64,000 nt of DNA, taken from the NCBI GenBank assembly GCA_015057455.1, contig SVEH01000004.1:49916-113915 (forward strand). The letters run 5' to 3'. Shown one piece after another: positions 60,551-64,000 of the stretch. The notes under the pieces are model-generated. The model worked only from the letters and a program-made list of their open reading frames with translations. It had not been told where the DNA came from and did not search any database. The stretch's first letter is position 1. Each line of letters starts with the position of its first letter. Source of the DNA: Lachnospiraceae bacterium (GTDB lineage: Bacteria > Bacillota > Clostridia > Lachnospirales > Lachnospiraceae). The position numbers and the translations under genes are program-made.

Positions 60551-61345
60551 ATGAATAAGAAAGGTTTAGTAGCAGGTATTATAGGTAGCACATTTTTATT
60601 GGGATTAGGTGCTATATTGGTCACTGGTAATAAGGTACAGGCAAATACGAGGGGACCAGTCAGTTTGGTATTAGAAGATGTTGAAGCAGGTGAGTGCCCA
60701 GATTATTTTAACATTTTATGTACAATTAAGTCAAAGACAGTGGCGTATGATGAAGTTAAAAATAAAGATTTAGTATTAAGTTATGAAGTAAATGGTCAAT
60801 TCCAGAGCAAGGAAAAGATGAAAATGGAAGTTGTAGAGTATGAGGAAGATGGAGAAACTCCAAAGGTAGTATGCTTTACATCAGAAATTGTAGGTAGAGA
60901 AAAAGCGTGGGTTCCATATACAATTTATACAATTGATAAGAATCAAGTATATGATAAGATTTTTAGTGATTTCTCTGCAAATTCATATGCAGAAAATCAA
61001 AAACAAGTATTTGAAAGTGATATATATGAATGTGGATTTTCATTCCAAGAAAAAACTAGTAAGTTTGATACTGTAGTAGATTTAAAATCATCAGAACTTA
61101 AAGTTGCAGATTTAGATGAAGAAGAATATACAGAAATTACATATTCTATAAATGGAGGAGAAGAAAAAACAGTTTATGCTCATAGAGAAGTAAATATGCT
61201 TCCAGATTCAGCAGTTATTGAAACTATTAATTATGAAGCACAAATATTTGCAAATAAAGGAGATGTTATAGAGTATAAAGTTGTAGTTCCGACAAAAGAT
61301 AAAGAAGCAGTATATGAGGAAACAAAAAATGTTGTTGTAAAATAA
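60551..61345 (+). CDS. Secreted hypothetical protein
   Basis: Signal peptide (LVAGIIGSTFLLGLGAILVTGNKVQA). GGGAGGAG RBS. TGtTAGTATAAT-type -10 about 30 nt upstream. Confidence 0.55.
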   Translation: MNKKGLVAGIIGSTFLLGLGAILVTGNKVQANTRGPVSLVLEDVEAGECPDYFNILCTIKSKTVAYDEVKNKDLVLSYEVNGQFQSKEKMKMEVVEYEEDGETPKVVCFTSEIVGREKAWVPYTIYTIDKNQVYDKIFSDFSANSYAENQKQVFESDIYECGFSFQEKTSKFDTVVDLKSSELKVADLDEEEYTEITYSINGGEEKTVYAHREVNMLPDSAVIETINYEAQIFANKGDVIEYKVVVPTKDKEAVYEETKNVVVK

Positions 61346-61405
61346 GATTTAAGTGTGAGTTTTATGAATTAAAAGCATAACTTAAAATAAATAGTATGAA
61401 ATTTG

Positions 61406-61455
61406 ACGGTATTATTAATAATATGTTACAATGTTATTAATAATACCGTTTTAGT
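61406..61455 (+). terminator. Rho-independent terminator
   Basis: acggtattattaataa / ttattaataataccgt perfect 16-bp stem, followed by tttta. Confidence 0.8.
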
Positions 61456-61510
61456 ATGGTATATTTTTACAAAAGGGATGGTTAGTGAATATTTTAAAGG
61501 GGGAGACATA

Positions 61511-62445
61511 ATGAGAAAAAAATTTCAAAAAAAGTATTAGTAATTAGCACGCTTAGTATGTGCATTGTTAGTATTCTATGTATGGAATATGTATTTGGGA
61601 AAGGAGTAGCTTCAAATTCAGAACAAAATTATAGTAGTGTTGAGGAGGATGAATCAACAACGGACGAAAGTGCAGCAACAACAGGAATAGCTTCAGATGA
61701 AAGTATAGTGACGACTGGACCAACATCAGATGAGAGTACAATAATGGGAACAGCTTCAGATGAAAGTATGGTTACAAATGAACCCACTTCAGTTGAAAAT
61801 CAAACTAAAACAGATTGTAAAGTATCAATAAGTTCTACAGATCAAAAAACTGCAGAACAAAAAACTACTGATGGATCGAACTTTAGAAGTTTAGAAGAAA
61901 AGTATTCTTATATGGCTCGAGACGTTCGATTAGAACCAGAGGGCGCAACAGTGGTAAGATGGTCAAGTATAGATGTAGATTCACCTGCACGAGCAGGGTA
62001 TTATACTACAAATAAAATAATATCTGAGGAATTAAAAATTACTAAAAGAGAAAAATTGCAAATATCAGATGAAGATAAACGTTGGCTTACACTTATAGTT
62101 TATCATGAGACTTGTTCTGAACCTTATGAGGGTAAATTAGCAGCTGCTAATGTTGTTATAAATAGACTAAAAAGCGGACTTTTCTCAAAGACTATGCGTG
62201 GTATATTGCTAAATGATGGAGCATATGATGCAACAATGAAAGATTGTGCGTGGCCAGAAACTGTATCAGCATATGATAGTGGTAATTTTACAACTGGAAA
62301 TATGTTATTAGCAGTTAGGGCAATAGATGATGCTTTAAATGGAACTAATAATTTTGGAAATAGATTAAATTGGAGTATGTATATGGTTGTAAAGAATAAT
62401 GGATATCCAAATGCAATACGAATACAAAATAATTTATTTTGGTAA
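61511..62445 (+). CDS. SleB/CwlJ-family cell-wall hydrolase with signal peptide; reading frame interrupted at an A7 run (needs a -1 shift or 8 A)
   Basis: AGGGGGAG RBS plus ATG 61511 gives MRKK then stops. The -1 frame from 61522 continues ISKKVLVISTLSMCIVSILC... into the tracked ORF 61558-62445. C-terminal LTLIVYHETCSEPYEGKLAAANVVINRL matches the Hydrolase_2 pattern. Confidence 0.65.
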
Positions 62446-62573
62446 TAAATCTTAATACAAGGGTAATGTGCTTTGATTAGTAAGTAATAAAACTTAAAGA
62501 CTAAAAAAGATAGGGAGAGTGTAGATTTTTAAAAGTATTTATAAATTAACAATTATAAAGGAGAAAGAAAACT

Positions 62574-63713
62574 ATGATTTATAAGAAGTTTAAAGAGTTA
62601 GAGTTATCTGCACTTGGACTAGGAGCTATGAGATTACCAGTAGTAGATGGAGATGATTCCAAGATAGATATGGAGGCTACTAGAAAAATGGTAGCGTATG
62701 CAATGGAGAATGGGATTAATTATTTTGATACAGCTTGGGCATATCATGGAGGCCAATCAGAGTTAGTTATGGGTGAATTACTAGCTGAATATGATAGAGA
62801 AAGTTTTTATCTTGCATCAAAATTTCCAGGTTTTGATGAGTACAATATGAAAAATCCAGGAGAGATATTTGAAAAACAACTTGAAAAATGTAGAGTAGAT
62901 TATTTTGATTTCTATTTATTTCATTGTATATATGAAGCAAATATTGATTGGTATCTTGATGAAAAGTATGGAACATTTGATTATATATTAGAGCAAAAAA
63001 AGAAAGGTAGAATTAAACATCTAGGATTTTCTACTCATGGAAGTTTAGATACAATGAAGAGATTTTTAGATGCCTATGGTAAGGAGATTGAATTTTGCCA
63101 GATTCAGTTAAATTATTTTGATTGGAAGTTCCAAGATGCTAAAGCTAAAGTAGAATTGTTAAAGGAATATAATATTCCAGTATGGGTTATGGAACCGGTA
63201 AGAGGTGGAAAACTTGCATCACTTGATAAAGAGTCAGAAACTATGCTTAAAGAGTTAAGAGCTGATGAGACTATACCAGCGTGGGCATTTAGATTTATTC
63301 AAGGAATTGATAGTGTAGTTGTAACTTTGTCTGGTATGTCAAATCAAGAGCAATTAAGTGAAAACATTATTACTTTTGAAGAAGATAAAAGGCTAAATGA
63401 TAAGGAAGAGGAAGTACTTATGGATATAGTAGATAAGATGATTGAAGAAGCAGCTATTCCATGTACATCATGTAGATATTGTACAGCTAAGTGTCCACAA
63501 GGATTAGATATACCTGAACTTTTCTCTTTGTATAATAAGCATCGTTTAGAAAAAGATGATACAGGAGTTATAGATTCTAAGGTGCTTGCAGCCTATGATG
63601 AGGATAAGAAACCTAGTGCATGTATAGGATGTAGAAATTGTGAAAAAATGTGTCCTCAAGGAATTAAGATATCAGAAGTTATGAAGAAATTTACTAAGAT
63701 GTTAGGAGAGTAA
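62574..63713 (+). CDS. Aldo/keto reductase with C-terminal 2x[4Fe-4S]-type Cys motifs
   Basis: GINYFDTAWAYHGGQSE and AKR-like core. CTSCRYCTAKCPQ and CIGCRNCEKMCPQ. Confidence 0.85.
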   Translation: MIYKKFKELELSALGLGAMRLPVVDGDDSKIDMEATRKMVAYAMENGINYFDTAWAYHGGQSELVMGELLAEYDRESFYLASKFPGFDEYNMKNPGEIFEKQLEKCRVDYFDFYLFHCIYEANIDWYLDEKYGTFDYILEQKKKGRIKHLGFSTHGSLDTMKRFLDAYGKEIEFCQIQLNYFDWKFQDAKAKVELLKEYNIPVWVMEPVRGGKLASLDKESETMLKELRADETIPAWAFRFIQGIDSVVVTLSGMSNQEQLSENIITFEEDKRLNDKEEEVLMDIVDKMIEEAAIPCTSCRYCTAKCPQGLDIPELFSLYNKHRLEKDDTGVIDSKVLAAYDEDKKPSACIGCRNCEKMCPQGIKISEVMKKFTKMLGE

Positions 63714-63715
63714 AC

Positions 63716-64000
63716 GTGAAAAATGAGATTATTATAGATGCTATAGAACAAATAAATAAAGGTGATGTGGCATGTATAGTTATAGAGGGAGATACTATAA
63801 CTTACAAGGAGAAAGGGAGAGGTGTAAAACCAATTCTTACTCTTTGCAAACGTGGAGTTTTAAATAATGTGTGTGTAGTGGATAAGGTAGTTGGCAAGGC
63901 AGCAGCTATGGTTATGACGTATGCTGGAGTTAAGATGTGTTATGCAATAACTATAAGTAAGCATGCATTAAAATGGTTTGAAGATTATGGAGTTATAGTA
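63716..64000 (+). CDS. DUF1893-like protein, 5' part (runs off the window)
   Basis: GTG 63716 after AGGAGAG. Open to the window end. VKNEIIIDAIEQINKGD...VVDKVVGKAAAMVM resembles the TM1506/DUF1893 pattern (recalled). Not in the supplied ORF track. Confidence 0.45.
   Translation, partial: MKNEIIIDAIEQINKGDVACIVIEGDTITYKEKGRGVKPILTLCKRGVLNNVCVVDKVVGKAAAMVMTYAGVKMCYAITISKHALKWFEDYGVIV

Noticed and set aside
62574-63713. Aldo/keto reductase with a ferredoxin-like tail, considered as a possible novelty
   Set aside because: To my knowledge, AKR fusions with two C-terminal CxxCxxCxxxCP motifs are a common, already annotated architecture in anaerobes. Nothing unusual is visible here.
1-64000. Searched for defence islands, prophage, integrases/transposases, toxin-antitoxin pairs, rRNA/tRNA genes and known riboswitches (c-di-GMP, T-box) near surface-protein and transporter genes
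   Set aside because: No ORF shows recombinase, nuclease, helicase or phage structural motifs. The intergenic regions inspected lack the conserved cores I can recognise by eye. Absence is not proven without cmscan or HMM searches.

Overview
This is an AT-rich (by eye about 30% G+C) chromosomal segment that looks like a motile anaerobic Firmicute (Clostridia-like: GGAGG-type RBSs, almost all genes on the + strand). All calls come from motifs read by eye in the supplied translations and DNA; no database search was run.

Gene content in order:
- a polar amino-acid ABC ATPase
- a soluble chemoreceptor whose sensor is a ferredoxin plus [FeFe]-hydrogenase-like domain
- an SGNH esterase and a PAP2 phosphatase
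- a chemotaxis operon (cheY-cheR-cheB-cheW-cheW-cheA plus 2 MCPs)
- inorganic pyrophosphatase
- a nine-gene V-type ATPase operon
- a cell-surface block: a Cys/His-rich PxTG-anchored protein, an acyltransferase-3, a frameshift-split protein of about 1000 aa, and two DUF4230-like proteins
- an HD-GYP phosphodiesterase and PssA
- a large S8 protease
- a hybrid histidine kinase with an adjacent SBP-like lipoprotein
- a YtrA-type GntR/ABC operon
- three MCPs with polytopic membrane sensors and one more classical MCP (7 MCP genes in total)
- a 1124-aa beta-propeller-repeat surface protein and a papain-like peptidase
- an amino-acid SBP
- a SleB-like hydrolase interrupted at an A7 run
- an Fe-S aldo/keto reductase

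I saw no rRNA, tRNA, CRISPR array, prophage or recognisable defence genes.

The least ordinary material is non-coding:
- A MITE-like element family of about 450-600 bp has about 55-nt terminal inverted repeats. It carries a G+C-rich nested-hairpin module present three times. One copy is inserted inside another palindromic terminator element.
- Solo ends of that family sit behind other genes.
- Tandem duplications of gene 3' ends occur twice (75 bp x4 and 41 nt x3).
- A 32-nt motif with one mismatch, combining an SD, a mini-ORF MTCHLC and a palindrome, precedes two sensor genes.
- SigD-like promoters precede chemotaxis genes.
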